Assembly: GCF_007750395.1 (NCBI RefSeq)
Contig: NZ_CP036281.1
Coordinates: 159,211 to 223,210, forward strand
Direction: 5' to 3'
Source of the DNA: Polystyrenella longa
Lineage (GTDB): Bacteria > Planctomycetota > Planctomycetia > Planctomycetales > Planctomycetaceae
Length of the DNA: 64,000 bases
Below are positions 1-11,200 of this stretch, one piece after another. The notes beneath the pieces were generated by a model. The model worked only from the letters and a program-made list of their open reading frames with translations, did no database searches and was not told the DNA's origin. Positions within the stretch are counted from its first letter, which is position 1, and every line of letters begins with the position of its first letter. The position numbers were made by a program, and so were the translations under genes.

Positions 1-623
1 ACCGGCTCAGTTTGTTCAGCAGGTTTGGGGGCGGGAGCAGGTGGAGCAACTTCGGCTTCTAAAACAGGAGGTGCTGCTGAAACGGACGCTTGGGGAGCGG
101 GAGTGGCCGGTTCCGGTTCGGGCGCTGGGGCCATCGCTTCATCAAACGGATTAGAAAATGAATTGGCGGCCGACTCCGATTGCATGTCCATGCTCGATGT
201 CGGAAGTTGATTCAATCCGGGAACGGCAGCTCCGGAATCTTCCACCGAGTCGGAGAGTGCGTCCAGTTCTTTGATCAGCGGATTGTAGTCGGTTGTCGAC
301 TCTTGTCCTGTGGCTTCCAGAGACTGCAGCAGTTCTTTGATGCCATCAATCCCTTTGAGCACGATCGAGATCGAAGATTCCGAGATCGGAAGTTTCTTAT
401 CCCGCATTTTGCCCAGGACATTTTCGGTCGCATGGGCCAACTCGCCGGTACGATTCAAACCAATAAAACCGCACGTTCCTTTGATCGTATGGATCGTTCG
501 GAAAATGGAGCCAATCAAGTCGGGGTCCTCTGGATTCTGCTCGAGAGAAACAATCTCCGTATCGAGTCGAACCAGGTTCTCCCAGCTCTCCGCCAGAAAC
601 TCTTGTATGATTTCATCTTCCAC
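1..623 (-). CDS. cheA: Chemotaxis histidine kinase CheA, N-terminal HPt (P1) domain; partial, C-terminus lies off the 5' edge of the window
   Basis: Hand translation of the reverse strand from GTG at 623 gives (M)[78 protein letters not shown]. This is the canonical CheA HPt motif (H in 'RTIHTIKG'), followed by a Pro/Ala-rich linker, and stays open to position 1. The ORF track lacks it because there is no in-window stop. The plus-strand ORFs 180..626 and 310..663 are its shadows. Confidence 0.7.
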   Translation of the reverse strand, partial: MEDEIIQEFLAESWENLVRLDTEIVSLEQNPEDPDLIGSIFRTIHTIKGTCGFIGLNRTGELAHATENVLGKMRDKKLPISESSISIVLKGIDGIKELLQSLEATGQESTTDYNPLIKELDALSDSVEDSGAAVPGLNQLPTSSMDMQSESAANSFSNPFDEAMAPAPEPEPATPAPQASVSAAPPVLEAEVAPPAPAPKPAEQTEP

Positions 624-1683
624 TGAACTGACTTCCCTGTTCTCTGGCGGAATGTCTTATTAAGGACGGCTACAACTTAATGATCGACGAATTACTTCAG
701 CCCAGTCTGACCGTAGCAATCGGGAGCCGCTTCCGTGGAAGCAGGTTCCATAACGAATGCACAGTCTGATTTCCGTCTCAATCGATGTGAACGACACGGG
801 GACGTCTGCCGGTGTCCTTCACATTCAAACTCATTTCAAAAGGTGGTTTGATTCATTTCTCGCTCCGTTTTAAGAGAGAGAAAGGTGTGCAACTTTTGAT
901 CAAAAAACAGATGTTCGGGCTTAAAAACACGTCTAAGATGCAGTTTCCTTATCGACTAACGCCATCAAAAGTCTTTAAGCGACAAAGAGTATGCTTCGAA
1001 TTCAGAAGCTAAAAAGAGCGGTGCCAGCTAGAGTTTGGAGAACTTTTGGGGCCGGATGAGGAGAGTTTCGGTTAATGGGTTGAATAGGCAGTTTGCGTTG
1101 TTGGGGTGAATGCCTCACCATCTTCGGGCGGGTATGCTCCGATGGAAAATACGGAATGCCAAGTTAAACAGCATGGCGTTCTTGAGCGTACAGCAAGAGG
1201 ACCGGCGGCTGCCCTCATTCAGCGGGGCAGGTATATCGGAGACCGCTTAACCAGTTGATCGAGAGTGCGGTGAACTGAACGCGCATAAAAAATGCCACGG
1301 TCTCCTCCATGAAGGGTTATCTTCAGGAGGAGATCCATGGCTCATCACACACTCACTGAATAAGACGAAGAGGCGAGCATGATGGCTCTCGCTTTTTGCA
1401 TTTTTTTGACAAGATAAGGGAAATTCAAAGTCAAACCGAAAAACGGTCGCCCTAACGTGTTACGAGACATAAGTTTTTGAGATAATTGGAAAACGAGAAA
1501 AACGAGTAGTTGCCCGGCGGACCTGTCCCGCGTTACCGATTCTGGTAAAATAGTTTTTCCCATTGGGCTCGGTTTCGGGGCGGGATAGAATAGATAAACA
1601 ATATTCATTCGGGAGCTGTGTGAACGTCGAACCTTTCGACCGACGGCTTTGTCGAGACTTCAGAGGAGTGAATCGAATTCGCC

Positions 1684-2388
1684 ATGGTGAATTACGAGCT
1701 GGTCGCCATTTTGCTGATGCTCATCGGACTGGTCGTTCTGATAGCCGAAATACTGATTCCCTCCGGGGGAATCATCGGGATCATTTCGTTGGCCTGTCTT
1801 GTGGGATCGTTCTGGGCTGCGTGGCAGGCCTGGTGGGAATCCAGTCCCGTTATCTTCGGGATCTATGCCTTTTCACTACTGTTTTTCATTCCTGCGACGG
1901 TTGCCGGTGCATTTTATATTCTGCCGAAAACCCCCATCGGTAAAAAAATGTTCTTCGATCCGCCCAACGAGGAAGATGTGAGGCCGTTCGTCTCAGAAGC
2001 CGAGAAGCTCCAAAAGCTGGTAGGCGAAGTCGGGAAAAGCCTGACGATGCACAACTCGGGAGGAATGGTCACCTTGGGAGGAAAGCGGTATCACTCCGAA
2101 TCGGAAGGGGTCCTCCTGGAACCGGGGTTACCGATCCGCGTGATCGGATTGAAAGGGAACAGCCTGCTGGTACGGGAAATCAGCGAGCAGGAACTGCAAT
2201 CGGCCGAGCAGGAACAGTCTGAGCCTTCGGAACTTCCTCAGCCAAACCACTCCTCCGTCGCAGGAACCAATGGAACATCGAATACGCTGACCGAGCCTAA
2301 GCCCCAGCCAACTTCTAAAGCCAAACCGACTCCTGAAGGAGCGGGAAGGGCTTCTGACGAACCAAATGTCGATTTTGATATTCCCTGA
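1684..2388 (+). CDS. NfeD-like membrane protein (YuaF/YqeZ family): N-terminal TM helices plus C-terminal OB-fold, partner of SPFH/flotillin
   Basis: 234 aa with three hydrophobic N-terminal helices, then 'GKRYHSESEGVLLEPGLPIRVIGLKGNSLLV', an NfeD OB-fold beta-barrel signature. Sits directly upstream of a FloA-like gene, the classic yqeZ-yqfA arrangement. Confidence 0.75.
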   Translation: MVNYELVAILLMLIGLVVLIAEILIPSGGIIGIISLACLVGSFWAAWQAWWESSPVIFGIYAFSLLFFIPATVAGAFYILPKTPIGKKMFFDPPNEEDVRPFVSEAEKLQKLVGEVGKSLTMHNSGGMVTLGGKRYHSESEGVLLEPGLPIRVIGLKGNSLLVREISEQELQSAEQEQSEPSELPQPNHSSVAGTNGTSNTLTEPKPQPTSKAKPTPEGAGRASDEPNVDFDIP

Positions 2389-2615
2389 TCCGACCCGGCC
2401 TTCGATGTTGAGACCTTGGCATTGGACAAGGTACAGTAGAACATGTCCTGATCGCACTCTGTTTCTAAGTATTGCCAATCACTCGGTTTGGTTCGAATGG
2501 CAAATAACTAACTGGTCAGATTGAACCCAAACCCGGTTCAATCGCAAGTTGAAAAAATGGCGATTGCGGAAATATATTCACCAGTCAAATCCTATCACTT
2601 CGCAGGAATACTTTC

Positions 2616-3686
2616 ATGAAACTGAATGACTTGTTGCTGCTGGCACAAGACGAACTATGGGACGTGCTCCCTATCGTTGGTGCGATTGTCTTCATACTGT
2701 TCATTCTGGTTTTCTTCGCATTCTTCCTGCGTTTCGCTGGATTGTGGATTCAATCTAAATTCACAGGTGCTGGCATTGGGATGTACAGCCTCATCACGAT
2801 GTGGATGCAGAAGGTGAACCCGAGCATCATTGTGCGATGTCGAATTATGATGGTGCAGGCCGGGCTCTCCAAAATGTACGACGTCTCGCACAAAATTCTA
2901 GCCGCTCACCATCTGGCAGGTGGGAACGTGATGAATGTAACGCGCGCGTTAATCGCTGCGGATAAAGCCAAAATTCCACTCGACTGGCCAACGGCTGCGG
3001 CCATTGACCTGGCGGGTCGAGACGTCCTCGACGCGATGAGAACGAGCGTATATCCCAAAATCATCGACTGTCCCGATCCACGACGAACTGCCGGGTCACT
3101 GGATGCGATGGCGGGTGATGGGATTCAGTTGAAAGCTCGAGCCCGTGTGACTGTGCGAACCAACATCAACCAGTTGATTGGAGGAGCGACGGAAGAAACT
3201 ATTATCGCTCGCGTTGGTCAGGGGATTGTCCAGGCGATCGGTTCGACTCCTTCTTACAAGACGGTGCTTGAAAATCCAGATTCCATTTCTCACACTGTGC
3301 TCAACCAGGGGCTCGAAGCTCATACGTCGTTTGAGATTGTCTCGATTGATATTGCCGATATCGACGTGGGAGACAACATTGGTGCTCGACTGATGGCGGA
3401 CCAAGCGGAAGCCGACATGCGTGTCGCTCAGGCCAAGGCGGAACAGAAACGAGCCGACGCCTTCGCTCGTGAGCAGGAAGAGATCGCTCACATCCAGGAG
3501 AACCGGGCTAAGGTCGTATTGGCCGAAGCACAGGTTCCCAAGGCGATTGCCGACGCGTTCCGGCAGAAGAAACTCGGCTTGATTGATTATCTCAATCTGA
3601 AGAACATTCAAGCTGACACGATGATGCGTAACTCCATCGCAGGCGAGTCACGTAATACTAGCAGCCGAGAAGATCACCTTGCGTAG
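2616..3686 (+). CDS. floA: Flotillin-like protein FloA (UPF0365/YqfA, SPFH superfamily)
   Basis: 356 aa. N-terminal TM, then '[68 protein letters not shown]' typical of YqfA/FloA, and a coiled-coil '[26 protein letters not shown]'. Operonic with nfeD. Confidence 0.85.
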   Translation: MKLNDLLLLAQDELWDVLPIVGAIVFILFILVFFAFFLRFAGLWIQSKFTGAGIGMYSLITMWMQKVNPSIIVRCRIMMVQAGLSKMYDVSHKILAAHHLAGGNVMNVTRALIAADKAKIPLDWPTAAAIDLAGRDVLDAMRTSVYPKIIDCPDPRRTAGSLDAMAGDGIQLKARARVTVRTNINQLIGGATEETIIARVGQGIVQAIGSTPSYKTVLENPDSISHTVLNQGLEAHTSFEIVSIDIADIDVGDNIGARLMADQAEADMRVAQAKAEQKRADAFAREQEEIAHIQENRAKVVLAEAQVPKAIADAFRQKKLGLIDYLNLKNIQADTMMRNSIAGESRNTSSREDHLA

Positions 3687-3760
3687 ACGAATCGACGGGA
3701 ATGCTCCGTTGTCGAAAAGGTGAATCGTTTCGGAAGTCAAACTAATAAGGAAAACCAATT

Positions 3761-4582
3761 ATGATTACCGACTTCAATTTCGGTTTGCTGGCCGTCGGGG
3801 TGGAGGAAGTGGTCACTGCGGTTTTCCTGATCATCACCTTTCTCAGCTGGGTCTTTCAGGCGATTAATTCGAAACAGCAAGAAAAGGATGAGAAAAAGGC
3901 GAAGGCTGGCCGGCCACGTGGAAAACAAAAGCAGGAACAGAAGGAGTCATTCGAAAGCGAAATCGAACGTTTCCTGAAAGAAGTGAATGATCCTAATGCT
4001 GACCGTAATGAGTCGCGTCACGATGATTCTCGCCATGAACGAGATCGTGATCGTCAACGGGTTCGCCGGGAGGATCGGGAACGCCGACCAGAACCAATGG
4101 CCAGCACGCGAACGTCTCCCTCTGCTCGCACTCTGGAAGAAGAGTTCGAAATCGAAATCATCGACGAACCGGCACCTTCGCCAGCCCAGCGACGTCGTCG
4201 TCAACGCCAACGGGAAAGGGACGAAGCGCGGAAAGCAGGCGCGGCAGCTCAAAAAGCCGAGGCGCGTCCCAAAATCAAGAAGGAGCGAAAATCGCTTCGC
4301 GATCGTGATCGGGTAGAAAAAAAACTGGGAACAGGCGTCAGCAGTCATGTCGAAGAGTATCTCGATCGTGATGCCACTGCGAATAAAGCGCATTACAGCT
4401 CTCTGGGTCAGGGAGTCTCCAGCAGCGTGACTGCTCATCTCGGAAGTATTGAAGCCACTCCCGGTCCAGACGCCTCAGAAATTCGTGCTGATAAAGTTCG
4501 GGCCCTGTTCGCAAATCAGGAAACTCTACGCCAGGCGATTCTCGTAAACGAAATACTCTCCAAACCCAAGAGTCTTCGTTGA
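3761..4582 (+). CDS. Hypothetical membrane-anchored protein with highly charged RD/RE-rich low-complexity tail; third gene of the nfeD-floA operon
   Basis: RBS 'AAGGAAAACC' lies before the ATG. One N-terminal TM (FGLLAVGVEEVVTAVFLIITFLSWVF), then KQQEKDEKKAKAGRPRGKQKQEQK and RDRDRQRVRREDRERR runs. No recognisable domain. Co-oriented 75 bp after floA. Confidence 0.5.
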   Translation: MITDFNFGLLAVGVEEVVTAVFLIITFLSWVFQAINSKQQEKDEKKAKAGRPRGKQKQEQKESFESEIERFLKEVNDPNADRNESRHDDSRHERDRDRQRVRREDRERRPEPMASTRTSPSARTLEEEFEIEIIDEPAPSPAQRRRRQRQRERDEARKAGAAAQKAEARPKIKKERKSLRDRDRVEKKLGTGVSSHVEEYLDRDATANKAHYSSLGQGVSSSVTAHLGSIEATPGPDASEIRADKVRALFANQETLRQAILVNEILSKPKSLR

Positions 4583-4773
4583 GACGGCAGACCTCCCGTC
4601 TATCCGTTTCGGATTGGAAAAGTCTTCTAAGCATTGGCTCGTTGCGGACGAACTTAATTCGACGTTCCTTTGTTTGACACTCAGGCGACCAGCAATGTCG
4701 TGTAAATTATTTCCGTTATCGAACTGGGGAGATTTTCCCGGCGGCGGATATCCAATAATTCCCTATTTGAGAA

Positions 4774-5883
4774 ATGGTTATGCCTGATCAGATGCGAGTC
4801 CTGTTGCTGGCTCAGCGATTCGAACTGCGCGGACGGTCTCGTTATACCATGCGGCTTTGCAATGCGTTCACGCAGAAAGACATCCAGTTTGAAGTGATCA
4901 CCCCCGAAGCGCATCTGCTGAGTGCGGAAGACATCGATCGATGGCACATCTCGGAGTACCGTCATCTCGACTTGCCCATCTGGGGACGGATCGTACAGCG
5001 ATTGATTGAACGCGACCTGCTCGATTCTCCTCCCGATCTCATTCACGTGCAATCTGGTTCGCTGGCGGACTTTGGACTCAATTTAGCCGACGCGTTGAAC
5101 CGACCCGCCATTCTGACAATTCAAAAACATCTGATTGGGAATGAGCCGTGGCTGCGGCATGTGAATCGTTTTGACAGAGTCATCACCGTTAGCCAGGACG
5201 TGAAACGGAGCTTTCTAAAACACGTTAAATATCCCTCGAATTGCCTTGCCCGAATTCATAACGGTGTGCCGATCCCGGAACTCAATCTGGAGACTGACTT
5301 ACTCAACCCGACACGTGTACCGGTTATCGGAATCGTGGGCCCGTTGGAAAAGGTCAAAGGGATCCCTTATTTTCTTGGTGCCGCGAAGCAACTGGTCGAC
5401 GATAAGTATGACGTGGAGTTTATTATTGCCGGAGCAGGGCCAGAGGAAACGAACCTGCGGAGACTTACGAAAGAGTTGAACCTGACTCAGCATGTCACGT
5501 TTGCCACTAATCTGCGTGACCTGTCCGCCCCGTTGAAGGCGATCGACATTTACTGCCTTCCCTCCCTGCAACAGGGCCTGGGGACAATCATGCTGGAGGC
5601 GATGTCGATGGGGCGTTTGGTAATTGCCTCGAATGTGGGTGGGGTCGACAGTATTGTTCGAGATGGAGAAACGGGCTGGATTGTACCTGCCGCTGATAGT
5701 CAGGCGTTGGCGAAAAAATTTATCGATGCTCTCGATCATCCGGATATCTCTCGCACAATTGGTTTAGCGGGCCGTGCGTTTGTGAAGCAGAAATTTTCGG
5801 TCGAACCGATGGTCGAAAAAACGCTCTCTCTCTATCATCAGGTTGTTGAGTCCCGGGCTGATTTGCCCAGTAGCTCGAGCTGA
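4774..5883 (+). CDS. Glycosyltransferase family 4 (GT-B fold, 'glycosyl transferase group 1')
   Basis: 369 aa. C-terminal half carries the GT4 signature: 'VIGIVGPLEKVKGIPYFLGAAKQL...EFIIAGAGPE...LPSLQQGLGTIMLEAMSMGRLVIASNVGGVDSIVRDGETGWIV' (E-x7-E-like motif). Confidence 0.8.
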   Translation: MVMPDQMRVLLLAQRFELRGRSRYTMRLCNAFTQKDIQFEVITPEAHLLSAEDIDRWHISEYRHLDLPIWGRIVQRLIERDLLDSPPDLIHVQSGSLADFGLNLADALNRPAILTIQKHLIGNEPWLRHVNRFDRVITVSQDVKRSFLKHVKYPSNCLARIHNGVPIPELNLETDLLNPTRVPVIGIVGPLEKVKGIPYFLGAAKQLVDDKYDVEFIIAGAGPEETNLRRLTKELNLTQHVTFATNLRDLSAPLKAIDIYCLPSLQQGLGTIMLEAMSMGRLVIASNVGGVDSIVRDGETGWIVPAADSQALAKKFIDALDHPDISRTIGLAGRAFVKQKFSVEPMVEKTLSLYHQVVESRADLPSSSS

Positions 5884-5931
5884 GAATAAACCTGACTACG
5901 CTTTATTTCATTTTCCATTCTGGATGTCCCC

Positions 5932-7170
5932 ATGCACGCTGAGATTATTGCCATTGGATCTGAACTGACTTCAGGAGCCAAGCTGGATACGAACAGTCAG
6001 TGGCTCAGTCAACGTTTGGCCGAACATGGCTTAGTCGTTCGCGCTCACCATACGGTCGCGGATGATATCGAAGAGCTGGTTCGGCTGTTACGGTCCGCTG
6101 CGGAACGTTCTTCGCTGGTGTTGATCACGGGGGGCCTGGGGCCAACATTGGACGATCTGACTCGTCAGATGATGGCTGACATGGCAGGCGTCGATCTGGA
6201 AATTAACGAGGCGGCTCTTGCTCACTTACAACATCTTTTTTCCCGCCGAAATATTACGATGCCGGAACGGAACAAGGTGCAGGCACTGTTTCCCGTCGGT
6301 AGCAAGGTTGTTCACAATCCTATCGGGACCGCGCCTGGTATCTGGATGAAGGCCGATTTTCCGCCCCATGCCGATATTGTCGCTCTACCCGGTGTGCCGG
6401 CCGAAATGAAACGCATGTTTGTGGAAGAAGTCTTACCCCATCTTCCCCAGGGGAAACGCCTGATTCGGCACGCTCGGGTGAACTGTTTCGGAAGAGGCGA
6501 GTCGACGATGGAAGAACTGCTGGGAGAATTGACGGCCCGGGGACGCGACCCGGAAGTCGGAATCACTGTTCATGAAGCGACCATCACCTTGCGGATCAAT
6601 ACGAGTGGAGAAACGCCGGAAGAATGCGAAATTAAAATCCAGCAGACCAAAGAATTGATTACGACTCAATTGGGATATCTCGTCTTTGGTGAAGAAGACC
6701 AGGAACTGGAACACATCGTCGTCGACCTGCTTAATGAACGACACCAAACATTTGCGACGCTTGAGTTGGGAACCGGGGGTGCTCTGGCCAACCGAATTCA
6801 TGACTACATGGAGTCGCCTCGTTGTTTCGCCGGTGGGTTGATCTACCCCGATATGCAGCGGGCATTAACGGGATTGAATAACCTGGGAACAGAATCGTTC
6901 TCGGAGAATCCCTCGTTGATAGAGGTTGCCAAGGCTGCACGGGATTTGATGGAAACGGATTATCTGCTCGCCGTTTCTGACTGGGATCGGGATATGATTG
7001 AATCGGATGATATGGTGCCCGATGTTTCGATCGTGCTGATTGCAGATGGGAAAGAAGTCGAGAAGAACTTTACGCTTGGCGGTGACCCGGGGATTTATAA
7101 GGGACGTGTGAGTAAAGCAATTCTCAACCAGTTGCGATTGCATCTTCTTGGTGTGGATGCCGATTCCTGA
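5932..7170 (+). CDS. cinA: Competence/damage-inducible protein CinA (MoCF-binding domain plus C-terminal CinA/PncC nicotinamide-nucleotide amidase domain)
   Basis: Begins 'MHAEIIAIGSELTSGAKLDTNSQWLSQRLAEHGL...LVLITGGLGPTLDDLTRQ', the MoCF/CinA N-terminus. C-terminal region 'LELGTGGALANRI' matches the CinA C-domain. 412 aa. Confidence 0.85.
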   Translation: MHAEIIAIGSELTSGAKLDTNSQWLSQRLAEHGLVVRAHHTVADDIEELVRLLRSAAERSSLVLITGGLGPTLDDLTRQMMADMAGVDLEINEAALAHLQHLFSRRNITMPERNKVQALFPVGSKVVHNPIGTAPGIWMKADFPPHADIVALPGVPAEMKRMFVEEVLPHLPQGKRLIRHARVNCFGRGESTMEELLGELTARGRDPEVGITVHEATITLRINTSGETPEECEIKIQQTKELITTQLGYLVFGEEDQELEHIVVDLLNERHQTFATLELGTGGALANRIHDYMESPRCFAGGLIYPDMQRALTGLNNLGTESFSENPSLIEVAKAARDLMETDYLLAVSDWDRDMIESDDMVPDVSIVLIADGKEVEKNFTLGGDPGIYKGRVSKAILNQLRLHLLGVDADS

Positions 7171-7188
7171 GAATCCTCGCAGGATGTC

Positions 7189-8283
7189 TTAGCTCTCTTC
7201 GGCATTCAACAGCGCGAGCGTGCCGAGTCCGTAGAATGTATATTCGACATCGGCCTGGTCATCCCAATGCGCCCCGCGAAATCCCCCTGTAGGGAATTCA
7301 AGTTGAGTCTCGAAAAGGTTCCGGATTCGATCCGCTTTGAGCAGGCGGTTGGCAGGGATGTTGAGATCCTGAAGCGTTAGCAGCCCCGTAAAAGTAGAGA
7401 GCCCATCTGCAAAGGGGATCCGCGTATTCGCCTGAAACCCCCCTTCATCGCTGCGGACTTCTTTAAGAAAGTGCAGCAGGTCTTCTTCCAGTTCCTGATC
7501 CCAGGCATCGAGAATGTTGAGCATGACCACCGCAGCGGCGGTGGGGTTCGTTCCACTTCGTTTCATGGGGGCGATTTCAACGAACCCACCATCTTCACGT
7601 TGTCGGTCGTACAAGAATTGAATCAAAGCATTTGGTCGTGGAACGGACTGACCGAGGAATTGATAACAGAGAGCAGTCAGAAAAGATTGATATGTACTTC
7701 CAGCTGCGCCCTGGTCGGACTTGGCATAGCCACCATCTTCGCGACGGAATGATTCCAATCGGTCCATCAACTGCGGAACGAGGTCGGCCGAGAAGGCGGA
7801 AGTCAGATCGACGCCGGTCGTGACTTGTAACATCAATGCGGAATTCAACCAGCTGATCAGGTCGACTACGTTCAGACGAAGCGGTTGATGTTCCTGTAAA
7901 AACGGGATCGTCCGTTCGGCGATTTCGGGAGTCAGTTGGGAGACTAAAGTCAGTCCCCTTAGAGCAAAGCTCGTGTAATAGAGATCCGAATCACCATCGC
8001 GACCTTTAAAACCACCATCTTCTTGTTGTTGTGCCTGAATGAAACGGGCGTGCCGGATACATCGTTCCTCGTCCCATTCGCGCAGACCGAAACTCAGTCG
8101 AGTGGCGAGTTGAATCAGATAAGGCTCGGCAGTCATCGGAGGGCTCAGGCAGTCGTTGGCAAACAGGAATGTAGATACGGAGAAAGAAGAGGGGGTGCCG
8201 TTGTAATTGGGGCCGTCGAGGATAGCAGGCCAGAAAAACAAACAACAGGGTTCGTTGAACGATATTGGAATAGAGTAAGTCAT
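7189..8283 (-). CDS. Prenyltransferase / squalene-oxidase repeat (alpha/alpha-toroid) family protein
   Basis: 364 aa with repeated 'QxxDGGF' motifs (QQEDGGFKGR, RREDGGYAKS, QREDGGFVEI, RSDEGGFQAN, FPTGGFRGA) diagnostic of the prenyltransferase/SQCY repeat. The 10-bp gap to the upstream giant gene suggests an operon. Confidence 0.7.
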   Translation of the reverse strand: MTYSIPISFNEPCCLFFWPAILDGPNYNGTPSSFSVSTFLFANDCLSPPMTAEPYLIQLATRLSFGLREWDEERCIRHARFIQAQQQEDGGFKGRDGDSDLYYTSFALRGLTLVSQLTPEIAERTIPFLQEHQPLRLNVVDLISWLNSALMLQVTTGVDLTSAFSADLVPQLMDRLESFRREDGGYAKSDQGAAGSTYQSFLTALCYQFLGQSVPRPNALIQFLYDRQREDGGFVEIAPMKRSGTNPTAAAVVMLNILDAWDQELEEDLLHFLKEVRSDEGGFQANTRIPFADGLSTFTGLLTLQDLNIPANRLLKADRIRNLFETQLEFPTGGFRGAHWDDQADVEYTFYGLGTLALLNAEES

Positions 8284-8292
8284 CCCCGGTAA

Positions 8293-11200
8293 TTATTCGG
8301 GTTGCTGGTCTTCAATCTCTTTTGATTCGTCCGATTCCGGTTTGGTGTCGACTTCGGCCGACGCTGGAGTCGCGCGAATCGTGAAATCATTGAATTTGAA
8401 TTCGATCCGTTTTCGATCTGGGTTCAGGTCAATCGTGTATTTGTCATTGGCGGCCAGCGTTTGGTGTTCAAAGAGAGTCTTACCAGTACGGCGATCAAGA
8501 ACTGCAGTGTTTAAAGTCTGAGACGACCTCAGTGGGTTGAGATTTTCTTTGGTCTTGATGGTGAGAAGGATTATGGGAAGGTCAGGGATCTGGTGACTAT
8601 AGAACATCCCCTCTTCAAAATCACGTTGCCACTCCAACGATTTTTTACGACGGTTGACGGCAAAACATTGTGCATTCACGAGGAAAGGAGGGTGTAACTG
8701 ATCGGAGTTGTAAGAGTAAGAAAAATTCCGCTCGTTGGCTTGTTCTTTTTCAACGAGAACGAGGTACTGATCTTCGGCGGCGATCAGTCGGATCTGTTTC
8801 AGCTGGGCGGTTGGATTGACTTTTAAATCAACAATCTTCTTACCGGACGTCAAATCGATCATGTGGAACTGCCCCTCTTGATCAAGTACAGCCAACCGAT
8901 CCCCTTCTTCGTCCCGCACGACATCAAGGGCTGCGTCTCCCGGGAACGTGTATTCCCAGGAAATTTCCCCTGTTTCGATCGATAGAGAATAAATCCGTCG
9001 ATTTCCCGCCTGTCTACCTGAGATAACACATTGATTCGCCATAATGGCGATCGGTTGCTCACCTGATCCCGGCTTAATTGTGTTAATGATTTCTCCCGTG
9101 ATCGCATTCAGAGCGGTCAGTTCACGCTCCATCCGCGGATCGGAAGAGAGCAGGCCAATGATCGAATCTTTTCCGAAGATTAACGCTGAATCAGAAACAT
9201 GTTTGACTTGCCAGAGGACTTTGCCGGTATTCACATCGGCCGAGTAAAGAGTGTCGCCGATGCGGTAGTAGATACGGTCTTCAATGACGGGACCCGCAAA
9301 CGGAACGGGGACATCATACCACGGGGTAAGTTTATTAAGACCTGTAGAAATAGAAGCGTCCAGAGACTCAATGAGAGATCGGCTCCAGAGCATGATCGGT
9401 GTCTCATCGGGGCCGCGACTTTTCCAGACGCTCAAGTCGCCATCCAGGAGTACTAATAAAAAGGGTCCGCTGGAAAATACGGATGTTCGGTCTCGTCCGA
9501 CTCCCTGGATGGAATGTTGTGGAAAGGGGAAAATCCACTTTGGTTCCTGAGAACGAGTTTCGACTTCTAATCGATGCAGGGATGCATTCCAATAGTATCG
9601 ATAAGAAGTAAAAGGACCGGAATTGTCGATGTAATGAGTAAGTTCTGTTCGCAATACATTCGGGAGATTCGAATTGGTCTGATATTGCTGAATGTCAAAC
9701 AGGTCGACGCTTTCGAAGACGCGACTAATTGTATGGCCTGGCTCCAACTCTTCTTTCTGTGCCCGGGCGAAGTCGATACCGGATTGGTCGCCGTGAACAG
9801 TCAACGATTTAAAGTGTGTCGCAATGACATCCAGCCAGGCGAGTGCCAGTTGCGGTTCGTTCTTTTCCCGTAGATGTTCGTAATACTGATAAGCCCATTC
9901 GGCTCCCTGTTCCGGGTCGTTCAGGGCGAGTTCTTGCAGGTAGAAATTTCGTTGAAATTCATATCTCGCCTGCTGGCGGTCACGAAGCGCGGATTTTTCC
10001 TCCTCGGCCAGTTCCTTCAATTCCTGATTAAACTGCGACACCAACCGTCGCTGGAGAAAAACAGACGCGGGCAAGTCACGCAGTATCTGTTCCAACTGAG
10101 AAAGTCCTTCCTGGTCATCTTCAAGAAGGCTCTCGACCAACTGTTCAATCTTCTGCTGAACAGTTTGCTTCTCGGAATCGTCGAGCTGGGTATACCAGTC
10201 GGTCATTTGAGAGCGGAACCAGAGCGTCGGCGTTAGAGAGGCCTTCTCCAATTTGACTAAGGGAAGTCGGCTGGATTCACTGGAATGAATGAATGCCAGG
10301 GCAGCGTCGAATGCGCGTAGATATTCTTCGCGTTGGACGTAACGATCGACGATCAGCTTCAGTACGGAGAAAGAATCGTCCGTAGTGGAGATCAACGAGA
10401 GTAACTCTTCAATGGCGGGGTCGGCCTGATCCGGATCATACTGAACGTCCTCTTTCAACAGGCGAATCAACAGTTGTCGAGCTGATTGAGAGTCATGCTT
10501 AGTATTCAATTGTCTTAATGCTTCGCGCCCGGCGGCCATCTCGCCCGATAACAGTAGTTCGTGTGCCTGCTGATAGAGCGCTTCTTCCGACTGTGGTTGT
10601 GATTCCAAAACGGCATCGATTTGCTGTTTTGCGGTTGCTGCTGTGGGAAAGCTGACGAGGAATTCCTCGCTCTGACAATAGAGCTGACCTTCGCTCGCCA
10701 GGAGGACACCGCGTGCCTGGAGTGGTTTCAGAACATATTGAGATCGGGTGCGCCCGTTTTCAGTTTCCAGGCTGAGAATCAGTCCCGAACTGAGAGGGAC
10801 ATGTATGAGTTGATTGGCTAACAGGGGACGCCCAGAAGGAGTTTTGTCGAGCTTACTTTTCCAGACTGTTTCCCCCGTAACCAAATGGATAGATTCCACC
10901 GAGTTTCGATTAAGAACAAGCAAACGATGATTCTCGATGCCGATTAACGTGACCAAATCTTTTTGTTCCCGTGTCCAGTTTTGTTCGCCCGTCGCGACAT
11001 TGATGCAGAAGAAGACTGAACTGTCAGGCGGAGCCATTGCCACATGGCCGTCGCCCGCGATCGGAATTGCTTCGCCGCCCGGGTGGTTCATCTCGGTAGG
11101 AAGGAGGATCTCATCGGCATCACTAGGGGCGGAAGAGCGGTCAAGAGGGCGGAAGCGTGCGGAAAAACTTGGGTATTTTGTTTTCCAAATCCACCGTTCT

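Noticed and set aside
180-663. Plus-strand ORFs 180..626 and 310..663 (148 and 117 aa) at the window start
   Set aside because: They are antisense shadows of the minus-strand cheA N-terminus (HPt domain), which translates cleanly to position 1. Their sequences are low-complexity with no motif.
812-1608. Small ORFs 812..1012 + (66 aa) and 1345..1608 - (87 aa) in the cheA-nfeD intergenic region
   Set aside because: Both lack an RBS and are Lys/Arg/Phe-rich, low-complexity translations of AT-richer intergenic DNA. The region is treated as non-coding or regulatory instead.
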